Assembly (NCBI GenBank): GCA_035221665.1
Contig: CM069134.1
Span: forward strand, 112,716,001 to 112,780,000
Origin: Okamejei kenojei
Taxonomy: Eukaryota
Length of the DNA: 64,000 nt
Reading direction: 5' to 3'
In this document: positions 51,921-64,000 of the stretch, in pieces
Layout of the letters: the number at the start of each line of letters is the position of its first letter
How positions within the stretch are numbered: position 1 is the first letter of the stretch
Program-made: the position numbers and the translations under genes
The notes under the pieces: generated by a model
Seen by the model: the letters and a program-made list of their open reading frames with translations, nothing else
Databases searched by the model: none
Told to the model about the DNA's origin: nothing

Positions 51921-54900
51921 GTATGTAATCACCAATTATACGTCATACTTGAATGTTCTCGTGTGTTTCACCTTTGGTTGATTGTGCTGATAGGGTAATT
52001 TATTTATACATATATTAGCAACAGGTCCTGAATATCATCAAAGTGCAGATTTGGAAAGACAGTCACATTGTTAAGTAGAAGTAACATTTCAATACAAGGT
52101 GAAACTTAGTGCCAGGAATTGTTTTGTTTTAATGACCACTGATGAATATTTTTTTGCAAACATGTTTTTGATTTCAATTTCCAAAAATGTTTCAGTTGAT
52201 GCCATTGATGATGAAGAGAAATTATTAGCAACAAATATTTTGGCCCGCTGAAAATATTTACTTATCAATACTTATCAGCCTATGTCAAAATCTATGTCAA
52301 GCGGTCCCAGCCACTGCACAGCCATTGCACCCATGTCTTTCAATCGGACCTTATTCAGGTCCGTGGGGAAAGGGGACCAAGCAAACCTGCCTTGGAGCAT
52401 CTGATGTAAGAACCTCGTCACCAAAGGTTTTTTGGTGGTTAGACACAAAGGAAGGGAAGGATTGTTTGATCTCCCTGAAAACACATCCAGATACCGACTG
52501 ACTCCCTCCCGCTGCCCCACTGCTCCCTCTGCCCCATCCCTGCTTCTCCCCCTTCTCCCTAACTTCCCCCCTCTCCTTTCTCTTCCTTCCTATCCCCACC
52601 AACACTTAAAGAAAAATCTTTTGCCAGCTGTCAAGGATTTCAGTTGTCATACTGCCTTGAAGACCTCAAACCAGCTGAGTCTATGTTGCCAACTAGCAGC
52701 TAGTTGCTCCCAAGATTGTTTTAAAGCGTGCCTTCCCCAGTGACACCATCTAAATGACCAGGCAGACAATCCATCTCTTTGCAAAGAAATGTGGGAAATT
52801 ATAGGAGCAGCAGAGATTCTGCACATCTTAATTGTTGTTCTTTCTGGTGAGTTCTGTCATCCACTGGAAGAGTGACAGTGAGAGTTCAGTAACAATTCCG
52901 CAAATGTCTTCCTCTTATCATTCTACTATTTTTATCCACACTGAGGTACATTGTACTTTAATTTTCCTGAGTCCAATTTTTGCAAGTTGTCCTAGTTATG
53001 TGTCAATGATATGGAGAGTGGACTGAGCTCATTTCCTCTGGGGTAACGTCCTTGTATGAATAGCTGGGCAGCAATGCACCACACTGTTCTTGCACAAGCA
53101 TTATTTAAACCATCTCAAGGTGATGTGTCTAATTTAAACTCATTACGTCAACAATATAGCACTTCCCATCCAAACCATATGTATAACAATAGTTGAAAGC
53201 CTACAAGCATTGGACAGGAACATCGTGGGTACATAATTTTAGACATAGTGCCTCGGGCTAACCTAGCCATGTGAGTAATTACAGAATTTCATTTGGACAA
53301 TATAAGACACTGTGGTTCACTCAAAGTTATATTTTATGGCGAAAATACGCACCTTAAGCAGACAAATTACCTGGATGGAATATTAATTCACACACTAAAT
53401 TTTCACAAACATTTAGAAAGGCTAGCTTCAAAAATTAAATCATGAATAAATACCATTTGAGAGAGGAGACTATACAAATTGGAAAGGTACAACTGTGCAC
53501 CAATCTTGGGAGATTGAGTCGTATATTCATAGACCAATTGAACAGTACTGTCTAACTAATATCTGGTCTGCTTAAGAAGATATCACTTCCTTGGCTGCCA
53601 GTTCTTTCAAGCATTTCGCCAACATAACAGACACAGAGCTGTCTCATATTAACCTCTTTGATGCAGAGATGTTAACTCTAACCGCCCAATCTATTAGGAT
53701 CTTGTCAACATCCTTGCCAAGCAATTGTGATACCCTGATGCATTCTGGACATGTGCCCAATCCAAGCATCGTCTCGTGAATCAATCGAAGCCTGACAAGG
53801 AAAATACATGCACTAAATTAAAGAATTTCAGTCTGGAATCCCTTGGCATAATAAAACATTTACGAATGCTCTACAACAGAATTCAATTAAAAAACTGATT
53901 ATTGCTACCTCAGAAACATTTGCTGAGGTTTGCCGGATTGCTTCCGGGTGCCTCAGTGTAAAGGGTAAGTTTACAGCATGCACATAACACATATTTAGTT
54001 AACACTTCTACTAGAACCAGGCACTAGCCTGTCTTCAGCACCATTGTTAGTACATGTCCTCTTGAGCCATTCACATTTAAAGCAGAATTGCCCATAAATT
54101 GATTCATCTTGTACAAGTGACAGGGGCATATGTGCCATTCATGCGAAAGCAAGTCTTTACAATGAGGCATAGACTTAAAAGGCGGCCTGCTCAACTAATA
54201 TCTTATATTTTCTTACAGAATGGAAGGATGCCACTTGATGCATGGTTTCCAAGGTGGTTCTCATAGCAGTTCAATGTTGTCACTTATTTCCCTGTTGCCT
54301 TTTCTCTATAACATATCCAACAACACACCTCTGCCTATACTAGGGGTAATTTACAGTAGCCAATTTATGAACAATATATTTTTGGAAGAAACTATAGTAT
54401 CCAGGAGACACCATGCAGTCAGAGGAAGAACAGACAACCTCTACACAAGAGTGACAAAATCAGAATTGAAGTTAAGTCACTGGAACTATGCAGCACCAGC
54501 ACGAACATTCCCAAGGTCTAAGACAGACCAAGATCATAGAACCACCCGCAGATAAGCCCTATTTGCATTGTGTATTTTAACTGTACTGCATGTCTCCCTC
54601 GGATCCCATCAACATACCTTATCCCTGCACTGACCTGAACCACTTCCTACAAACCACAATCCTAACTCTCAGAAGTCGACAGCATCCCTTCTACCTACCC
54701 ATCCCAAAATGACTCTTACGGTGCTATTTCCATCCCCCACCCATTGAATTGGAGTTCTGATCCTTTATTCTTTGGCTATCCCTACACAGGTCTTGCAAAA
54801 TGTGTATCTGAGTTATTTTGCAAGTTCTGTAGTTAGGTAGAGTCAGCTAAGGAAATGTCTTTGTGTACATAAAGTGTGCACGTTACCTTGTACCTGATAC

Positions 54901-56223
54901 ACAATAGGGTTTTATCATGCTGGCATTCACTTGTCCTTCATTGGTGGTTTAACACAGTATTTATGGTGCAGAATAATTACTAGTCCTTCACTTTGTGTGT
55001 GGGGTAAATTTCGAATTATCACACAAATCACATCCATTACCGAAGATGACCTGACTGAACATTATCAGGTTCTGTGAGATGCCAATTGCCTATGAAATTT
55101 AAGAATTTCACATTAACTTTTTTGGACTCTTTATCAGAAAATGTTGTTTCTCTATGCCTAAGATATTAAAAAAAATAAAGATACAGTACACCATAACCTC
55201 AATTTATATTGCTAAAACCGTCATTTATAACTGTACAGACAGACTGCCTAGCTTGAAGTCTGTGCATGAGTTTAAGATGAACATATGCCAGAGAAAACTT
55301 TATTGGAAAGCTAAAAATTAACAAACTTCCATGTAAAAAAAATGAAATAGGACATTTGAGTTTATTGTTATCTACAGCTGATTTTTTTCTACAACACAAG
55401 CATCGCAAATTATGAGGACATTTCTGAATTATATAACTCTAGTATAATATTCCCAAATAGATTAAGAAAATATTAATGGATTTTTAAATTCACACTTATC
55501 TACTACATTCTTGGATTGTTTGTTGAAACATATGACCTCTAAATGCAAGGTGATGTCCTGCTGCTGACCCTATGAATGTGTCCGCTTTCACACAGTCATT
55601 GCTACTGTTTCCTTTTTACAATTTTGATACTATTAATTGTGTCCATTCTCGGAATTATTACTGTAACGTTTTTCATTGCTGCTTTATGGGACAATTAGTT
55701 TTGAGTGTCTCTGGCGTTGATGGAATCTATAAAAAGAGAATAAAATGCAAGTTTGTTCGGAGTTCGTTCATTTTGAAATAGTTAAACAAAATAACATTAT
55801 CAACAAATTCAGCATTTAAACTATTGAATCCATGTGTTGTGTTGCGTAATTTCAAACAAACGTTGATAATTCTTTTGTCGTGTGCAGTTTCAAAAATCTA
55901 GAATTTACTCTGAAATCCAGATTTCAGTTATTATATATTACACAATCAAGATGGATTCCTTAAAAAAATGTGTGTATTCACTGCCTCCAGGAAACTTGCT
56001 CCCAGTATGTGCTTAATGTGGTTTGTATTCGTACATTATTTGTAATAATGTCACTTCTATATACTGTTTAACCAAAAAGTGAATTATGGGTGAGTTAGTT
56101 AATTGTTTCTCCTGTAATTGTATCGGGTTTTCATTTTAAAGCATTTTTTAAGTGTCTGAGTGTGGATGTAACATTTTAGTTTGATTTTATTTATTTTCTT
56201 TGTTGTTTAATTTTGCCTACCAG

Positions 56224-56271
56224 AGCCAAAGCCTTAGTAGAAGAACAGCGCCTTTTGTTCCTAGGGTTCAG
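56224..56271 (+). CDS. RIMS2: RIMS2 48-nt symmetric cassette exon: SQSLSRRTAPFVPRVQ
   Basis: cctaccag|AGCCAA...GTTCAG|gtaaag; matches the optional 16-aa insert before C2A that I recall in RIM2 isoforms. Confidence 0.88.
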
Positions 56272-56916
56272 GTAAAGGCACTGAATATATGAAAATATTA
56301 TCATTTGGAAAATGCAGAAAAGTAAATTAATGGCAAGAAATTTATTTTCTCTTAGTTTCCTCTTTCCCTTTATTGTACTTTTGTTTCTAGAATACGTGCA
56401 TACATTATACTCCAGAGCTCCAGAGTACTAAGTAAAGCTCTGCATGTTTTCATGAACAAGATTCATTCATATTGCCATTACACTGTTTTAATGATCAGTG
56501 AGCTGCATTTTCCAATTTGCATTAGATCCTTCAATTGACCATTGGCAAACAAATGATACCTATACAAACAGCATTATTGGTTTGATCAACAAGAAAGTCA
56601 TCAAGTAATCCCATAACAAGTTTATGATAGTCTCCCTTCTATGCTCTTAATGACTATAAAATCGAGGAAATTGTTTAATGCTTTCTCTGTTTATAATACA
56701 GCTTAAATTTCAAAGGGTTGAGATAGGCTTTAAACGGCAAACCCTGACAAGCTGTGCAAATTTATGCTTCCTAATTGGCAAATAGGGTGTGCACTTTGAA
56801 AATGACATCAGTGGGCAGGGATTTATGTTCTTTAATTTCTTGAGATTGAACGCCTTGCTGCTGCAAGCAGTGTACTGACTGATGTAAGGTGTATGTGAGG
56901 GGAAGAGTTGAAATCC

Positions 56917-57368
56917 CTACCAGTATGCGGAAGACCAGCACCTTATATTCTGTTTGAGTAACTTACAACCCAGAGGTATGAACATTGAATTCCCCAATTT
57001 GACATAATACCACCTGTACCCTCCCTCTCTTTCACCTGCCCTACCCCAGTGTGCATACATTCCCCCACCACCCCAGTCACCCTGCCCCTCTCCCACCTTC
57101 ATATACTCATCTCCCATCCCGGAGTCCGACATTTCCCTTTTCCCCTCTTTTCCCCTCCCACTGCTTCCTTCCATAGATATCTCTCCTTCTGTTTCATATT
57201 TCACTCCTTCCCATATGTTTTCCATGCCTTGTCTCAACTCCACCTCACTTCCTCTAGCTTTCTCCCCACTACTCCATTGAGTTTGAAAAAGGATTCCAAC
57301 CTATAACATCCATTTCCCTCCACATACACTGCCTGGCCCACTGAGTTCCTCCAGCACTGTTTTTTGTT
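56917..57368 (+). mobile_element. Penelope-like 3' end, diverged
   Basis: accagcaccttatattctgtttg...atgaacattgaattc, pyrimidine tract, degenerate hammerhead tail. Confidence 0.75.
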
Positions 57369-59299
57369 TAGGAAAGGGTTGTGCCCAGAAGGCACTCAAA
57401 ATGCACTTTTCTTTTTCATTTATTTCTATGCCATATGCTTCCTCAAATGGGAAGCCTTTCAAAACCCCTTTCCTGTAGCTTCTCTGAGTACTGGAAATGG
57501 TTGAGCATGTCCGAGACAGCGACCTGCTGCTGCCAGGCATTACACTCCCTCCTGCCTGCCAACTCACCCAGCTTCCTGACAACCTCTGATTTAGTTTCCA
57601 AGTTCAGTATCTTTTGCCACCTGCAGGCGCATTTGCTCAATAGCCAGCTAGATTTTAATTCAGAACTTGTGTAACCACAGAGAAACATTGCGTTAAACTT
57701 GAAGCCCATTTAGGAAACTGCTCTGTTCCATTTTGTTCATATTCAACATGAACAAATAGTTCACCTGAAATGTTCATTGTTTTGAAAATAAGCCTCTGAA
57801 AGAAAATTACATGTGCCATTCCAATTTTATCCAGAGCTTTTGAAGATATTCTTCCTTCATACACAAGAAGCAATGACTTGGCCTCATCTCATCTGTGATG
57901 GCTCACTGCAAATACAAGCATTTTTGATTTGTTATTTTCATTGGGTACAGATCTAACTATCCATGCTTGAAGTTTTTTTGCAGGGATTATTTTTCTAATT
58001 TAAACTATATATTTCTAGTAAAGAATTTGCCCTAAATTACTTATTTGTGAAGCAGAAAAGGGAGAATTATACATGTTGGGAAGAAGTGGGATTGATCACT
58101 AAATTAAACTGGAATAAATCTATCTCGCCTGTACAAAGATACAATCTCGCTTATTGATCTTAAGGTCGTAAAGGATTAAGTTCCAAGATCTTTTTTACAC
58201 AGCCGATTTTGAAATAGTTATTGGAGGAAGGATAGCTGGAGCAGGGTTTGTACTTAGGTACAATTTGTTTGCTAGCATATTAGAGCTTAAGTTTAGATAT
58301 CATTTATACCTCCCACAGAACATTAGAAAATAAATATGTTTTTATTAAATCTTCATTTGCAATTGAACAGAATGCTTCTTTGCTTTGCTGCATGCTTGAG
58401 GAATTGTGTGTTCATTTTATTATCAGCTATATCTGTCGTTTGCATCATGATTCAAGCAAATTTTCTTCCACATGAAAACTACAAAGCTATCAAATGGGAA
58501 TGGACAAACTGAGTGATTGATTGAGAAAGATATTTAAAGGAGCAAATTAAATCATGTTAGATGTGAAGAGCAGAAGAATGAGGCTGAAAAGAATGAAAGG
58601 AATTAGTGAAGCTATTTGTATTGAAAGTGTAAGGTGGGCTGGAGTGGAAGAATTTGAAGGGACTTGCACAAAGGCAGCTGGACCTGCAGAGTGACATCCA
58701 AATGACTTACTGTACAACACACAAACAACAAGCAGCCTGCCAGATACACAGAAACTGAAATGGATCCTGCATAATTAGGGTTGAGGCTGAGGGGAAGGAT
58801 GCTTGTGGCTCCCTACCTTTAAGTTACCTTTACGTTATTTTATTTCTCCTCACGGCAGAATTCCTTTAGGACACCCAGCATTTTATACTTCTCACCTAGT
58901 GCACCTTAGATACCTCCCTAACAACAGGCACAGTAAAAGGCCAGTGTGTGCTCAGAGTGCAAGGCCTGGTCTAGCCTATGAAATGCATAGCACCTGAAGC
59001 ATATTATAAACTTGCACAAAATATGCAGTGACGTGCTTCAAATGACAGATCAATTGCTAGGTTATAAGAGAGACCTGATGTAGAGTCTTGACTTGAAACA
59101 TTGACTATCACTGTTTCTTTCTCAGATGCTACTTGACCTGTTGGGTTCCTCAAGCATTTTGTTTTTTTGTTCCAGGTCATATGAGCCTGGAACTGAAAAA
59201 GATAAATTGGATCACGATTTGAATTTTGACTAATTGATGGCTGTTGCTCGGAGCATCACTTGTGCACTTAAAATGTAGAAGTGGCAATGATTTTGCTGC

Positions 59300-60465
59300 C
59301 ACACTAATACTGGGTTAGCAAATCACTGTAATAATTCCTATGTAATTTCTGGTCATCCCATCCAGGGACAAGGCTGAAATTGGGGAATTAATCACAAAGA
59401 AAAGAAGATTCTGAATGCTTATTTTGACCAGTCTTTACAGTAGAAAGCATAAAAAATATCCCAACAGTAGCTGAAAATAAAGCCGATAATACAGGGACCA
59501 AAGAACTAAAAACAATGTATGACCAGAGAAAATGTATGAGGCAAACTGAAGGGGTTAAAGGCCAACTAATCTCCTGAACCTGATAGCTTGCATCCTAGTC
59601 TTGCAGGAAATGGCTGCAGAGGTAGTCAATGTGTTTTGTCCCTGTACCACTTAGGAAACCTGAATCGCAACCTCTGGAGACTTTGCACCCCACCCAAGGT
59701 TTCCGTGCGGTTCCCGGAGGTTTTTCTCAGTCTCCCTAATGGTCGAAAGTGGTTTCCGCTTCTTCTATGTTCCGGCGATTATTTCAAAAAATTCAAAACC
59801 GGCCACGATTAAAAATAGGTTGCCATTTTAAAAAATCGGTAATTTTTTAGTCGAAGCCGATGCTAGTTGAAGGTGGTTGCCGGAGGTTGCAGGTAGTGGA
59901 AGGTAAGACCTTTTTTTCACCCAGTTTTATTCCACCAGGGAGGTCTTACCTTGGGAAATCTGTTCATTGTGAAGGACGTCACAGAAGGATATTGTAGAAA
60001 ATCATAAGACAATCAAATAGTGTGATTATGGTTTTATGAAATGGAAAAGGTTTTTTCACATTATTACTAGAGTTCTCGGAGGAACAAAAAAGGTAGATAC
60101 ATGAAATCATTATATTCAGTGTATTTGGAGTTCCAGAAAGCTGGTGATAATCTGCAGCACAAAAGGCTACTGCATAGCAGCATACCGAGTTGGAGATAAT
60201 ATATTGGCATTGTAGAGAGGAGCAGCTAACAAACAAAAAAAATCTGAGATTCGAGTAAAGTGGATAATATTTGACAGGCAGTCAGTTACATATAAGGGAT
60301 CAGTACCGGGGTCTTAGCGATTTACAATGTATATTACTGACTTGGATGGTGGGGTCAAAGGTATTGAAGCCATGTTTGCTGATGTTTACAAAGATAGGTA
60401 CGTTAACAAATTACAAGTAGGGTCAACGAGACTGAAAGGGGAAATAAATAGATAAAGTGACGGGA
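59300..60465 (+). mobile_element. Old CR1 RT fragment interrupted by a truncated MITE-like element (~59638-59950)
   Basis: CR1-like tttacaatgtatattactgacttggatg...tttgctgatg; GC-richer insert begins gtccctgtaccactt, resembling the Harbinger TIR. Confidence 0.55.
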
Positions 60466-60774
60466 CAGGATTTTCTGCCACAGAAGGGGTGTATGTATGG
60501 ACGAGCCTTGAGTGGTCGCAGTTCAGACGATTTATTTTGTTCTATAAGGAGTCCTTCTAGACCCACTGGCACCATAGCAATAATAACAAGTTTGCCTCTT
60601 CAATGACATCCAAGGAAAGGATTGAGCTGGTCTGAATCATGCACTATTTTCAAGCAATCAAAAAGGGCACTGTGAACCTGTTAGGCACTTAAATAACACA
60701 GAAACTGTGTTAGCTGCATAATTAGTGAAGATCGGAATGGTAAAGCTCTCAATCACTTTATAAGACAACCTTAA

Positions 60775-61250
60775 GAAGAACTAGAGGCAAGGAACTGGAG
60801 TAGCTGGTTTATAAATAAGACACAAAGTACTGGAGTAATTCAACAGGTCTCTGGAAAACATTGATAGGTGACGTCTCAAGTCAGGTCCCTTCTTCAGACT
60901 GATTGTGGTGGGGTTAGGGAGCTGGGGAGAAACTTGGAAGAGAGGTTTGGAGGGGGGGGGGAGGGACGGAGGAGGAGGAGGTGGAGGTGGCGATTGATAG
61001 GCAGATGGTAAGACAAAGGTCAGAGATGAAAATAAAAGAAGTGTGAAGTAAGGATGGAAGAGAGGAAGGAATATAGGTGGAAGAGGAGGGAGAGGGGAGA
61101 TATGGGTGTGAGTCCAGGTGAGACACAGAGAAGACAAGGGGGGTGTGGTTAATTCACTAAAATTGGAGAATTCAATATTCATACTGTTGAGTTCTAAGCC
61201 ACCCATATGCAATATGATGTATTGTTCCTCCAGTTTGGGTGTGCCAAAAA
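60775..61250 (-). mobile_element. Penelope-like 3' end
   Basis: ORF 60781..61455 contains KLEEQYIILHMGGLELNSMNIEFSNF; tail cccttcttcagactga. Confidence 0.8.
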
Positions 61251-62552
61251 GAAGATGATTTGAAACAGTGTGTGTGAAATATGTAGATTGTCGTGACCGA
61301 GTGATAAAAGTTGGCAGTGAGTGCAAAAGAGGAATTTGAGTCTGTACGCTTGAAATAATGTGATGGAGCGAGAGACAGAATTGGACAATAAAAACAAATG
61401 TGAGCAAAAGGCAAGCAGAATACACGGAAATACAGTTTGAATGAAAAAGGTGCAAAAGAACTGGAAAACAGGCAAAAATAATATTGAACTGGAAAGCAGA
61501 AAGTAATAATGACTGAGAGAGAGTGAGTGTACATCAGCTGTGGAGGAGACATGAAATAATAGAGAAAGAGTCTTGAAATGAAAGAAAACAAGTTGAAATA
61601 GATAGAAGACTGGGAAAAGAAATAAACAAATGAGAGCTGATAATAATATAGATTGGGGTGGGGAAATAGTGTCTGATTTTTTTAAATTAATGATTACATT
61701 TGAAATACTATTTATTGAGTTCATCAAATGTATTAAAGATGCAGAAAACTACAGATTGGTCTTTAGCTTGTTCTAGTTTTCATGACAATGAAAAGGTGTA
61801 TTCTCTTTTCATGAGTGTTGTCTTCAACTTTTTAAAATGTTAATGATTAAATGGAGCTGTGTTATAATAAGTGTGACAAACTGACTGTGTTTATTGTTAT
61901 CCTTTTAGACCTGGTTTCCTCCTAAAATGCAGTGAGACCATGTACCCTCCACATGCTACACCAGGAAAAAAAGATATTCACTTTCCATAATCTAAGGTTT
62001 CAGTGTAGTAAACTCTTTTAACATCAGTGTTGTCTCCAGCAGCATTATTTTCTAATGGAAGATGTGTGATCTTCTTGGAGGTGGGGCTGGGAATTGGATG
62101 GGAATCTGTTAAAGTTACAGGGATCTGTGAGACTTTAACAATGCCAAGATAATTTAGAATCCCCCTCATGCATTTGATGGCTCCATCAATTATTTAATGA
62201 GGAAGCTCATATATTACCAGATGTGATCGTGGGATTTCCATTTAATATTTTGGGATCGACTGTAAGACATTGCCTGAAGCACGCTGCATTCATTAAATGA
62301 AAGTATTCTTCCCAAAACATGTTCAGAATATATCCTGTTTTACTGTTTCCTTACAATTTGATGTTCACATTCTCAAAGTTAATGTAAATTTTGCAGACAA
62401 ACTACCATGAAACTAATTTTGATTACAAATAACTACAGTAAAGGCAGAGATCAACAGAGTTTGATTTTTAAGTGTACAATGTAAACACAAACCTTAACAA
62501 ACACAAATATTAACAACATCAGTGATTATATGGTGACATGATCTTCCAACAG

Positions 62553-62683
62553 ATAAAACTCTGGTACGACAAAGTTGGCCACCAACTTATAGTTACAGTA
62601 CTTGGAGCAAAAGATCTTCCTTTTAGGGAAGAAGGAAGGCCAAGGAATCCCTATGTCAAAATTTACTTTCTTCCTGACCGAAG
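62553..62683 (+). CDS. RIMS2: RIMS2 first C2A exon (131 nt, phase 0->2): IKLWYDKVGHQLIVTVLGAKDLPFREEGRPRNPYVKIYFLPDR(S)
   Basis: ccaacag|ATAAAA...CGAAG|gtgggt; lies within ORF 62538..62825. Confidence 0.96.
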
Positions 62684-62954
62684 GTGGGTTATTTTTCATC
62701 TCTTTTCATACCTTTTCATGCAAAATTGTTCGATAAAATATTTGTCTCCTGATTTTTTTTTTTCCTTTTTGCAATTTTTTATTTCCTATTTAATCAAATT
62801 TATGCCATCCTTGATTCTTGTTTAAATCTTGTTTTTCTATGAGTAGGTGGCTGACACAGCCACTGATCGATGGTTATGAGAATGATCATAAATGTTTGGC
62901 TTGTGGGTAATTATAGTTTCTGGCCTCAAACAATTACATACACTGTATCATTTC

Positions 62955-63126
62955 AAGAGGGAAATAGATTTAGCTCTTAGGGCTAAAGGAATCAAGAGAT
63001 TTCGAGAAAAAGCAGGAACGGGGTACTGATTTGGGATGATCAGCCATGATCACATTGAATGGCGGTGCTGGCTCGAAGGGCTAAATGACCTACTCCTGCA
63101 CCTATTTTCTATGTGTTCTATGTTTC
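62955..63126 (+). mobile_element. CR1 3' tail
   Basis: Same family as 43930-44095. Confidence 0.85.
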
Positions 63127-63421
63127 TCTTTGTGACTATGCTGCCCATTGTCTGAATCGTTTCATTTCTTTAAACTCTGTTTATTTTATTTAAAGTTCAC
63201 AATTTATTGTCCAGTTACTATGACAGAAATCCTGCACCAGCTTGTACAATGAAAATGGCAGAATATTTATATATATATATATATATATTTCTGGATTTGA
63301 CAAACCATCTGTGAAACAAGCTTGAAAGACAAAGCAAGACTCAAGTCCTTCACTCTTGCAAAGTGCCTGCTTCATCTTCAATCACCCTTCCCTCCTCAAG
63401 GTCTTGACTATTTTATCAAGA

Positions 63422-63592
63422 AAGGACACAACGTGCTGGTGTAACTCGGCAGGATAGGCAGCATCTCTGGAGAACATGGATAGGTGACGTTCCTAAACGG
63501 AAACATCACCTATCCACGATCTCCAGAATTGCTGCCTGACCCGCTGAGTTACTTTAGTACTTTGTGTTCTTTTTTGTAAACCAGCATCTGTA
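63422..63592. repeat. Inverted pair of PLE tails joined at the hammerhead position
   Basis: ...ggataggtgacgttcc taaac ggaaacatcacctatcc... Confidence 0.8.
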
Positions 63593-63644
63593 CTTAATTG
63601 TTTCCATATTTTATCAAGAACTTAGAATTGTTCCATCAGTATGC

Positions 63645-64000
63645 CACTCCTGTGCACGTTTGGCTCATAAACCCCTAAACCTATCCTATCTGTGTACATT
63701 TCCAAATGTATCTTAAATGTCATGATGGTACCTGCCTCAATTACCTCCTCTGGCAGCTCGTTCCATATTCCCACTGCCCTTTGTGTGACAGACTTACTCC
63801 TTCGGTTCCTATTAAATCTTTCCTACCTCACTTTAAACCTATGTCCTTGGGTTCTCAATTCCCCTATACCTGGCAAAAGACTCTGAATTTACCTAATCTA
63901 TTCCTCTCGTGATATTGTGCACCTCTATAATATCACCCCTCATCCTCCTGTGCACCAAGGAATAAAGTCCTAGCTTGCTCAACCTCTCCCTATTGCTTAG
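63645..64000 (-). mobile_element. CR1 3' end running off the window
   Basis: Homologous to 1140-1470. Confidence 0.88.

Larger units (their letters stand above)
28887..62683 (+). other. RIMS2: RIMS2 (regulating synaptic membrane exocytosis 2), partial multi-exon gene: pre-PDZ region, PDZ, linker, start of C2A; gene extends beyond both window edges
   Basis: Spliced translation HPVTWQPSKDGERLIGRILLNKRLKDGTVPRDSGALLGLK-VVGGKMTESGRLCAFITKVKKGSLADTVGHLRPG-DEVLEWNG...IKLWYDKVGHQLIVTVLGAKDLP matches RIM2 as I recall it (KRLKDG insert, TESGRLCAF, GAKDLP) rather than RIM1. All exon phases join in frame. Confidence 0.95.

Noticed and set aside
52279-52291. cctatgtcaaaat, identical to part of the C2A exon
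   Set aside because: Only a 13-bp match with no flanking similarity or splice sites; consistent with chance
60781-61727. Overlapping minus-strand ORFs of 224, 139 and 177 aa
   Set aside because: Caused by compositional skew; only the short KLEEQ...NIEF PLE remnant is meaningful
28887-62683. Assignment as RIMS1 or piccolo
   Set aside because: The KRLKDG insert, exon B and the SQSLSRR exon are RIM2 features as I recall them

Overview
Vertebrate genomic DNA, not prokaryotic. The repeat content (HE1-like SINEs, HER1/CR1 LINEs, Penelope tails) points to a cartilaginous fish, probably a skate or ray; this is inference. The window is the middle of a + strand RIMS2 gene (presynaptic active-zone scaffold). 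Nine coding exons between 28887 and 62683 have GT-AG boundaries and compatible phases. They comprise two frame-enforced mutually exclusive exons, the PDZ domain, the PDZ-C2A linker with a 48-nt cassette exon, and the start of C2A. The first 28.9 kb appears to be one long intron. The introns hold CR1, Rex1/Babar and Penelope-like (PLE) retroelements, SINEs, a decayed Ty3/Gypsy element, PIF/Harbinger-type MITEs, a Helitron and a foldback-type DNA element. Most interesting: about 20 PLE-derived tails with a minimal hammerhead-ribozyme motif, several as inverted pairs pivoting at the motif; a Helitron with a well-spaced KLF/TATA/ETS/Inr cassette and splice donor in RIMS2 sense; a foldback element that apparently carried about 1.1 kb of cargo into a SINE; and a candidate unannotated 36-nt in-frame exon. 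Repeat boundaries are read by eye and approximate unless a TSD is quoted.
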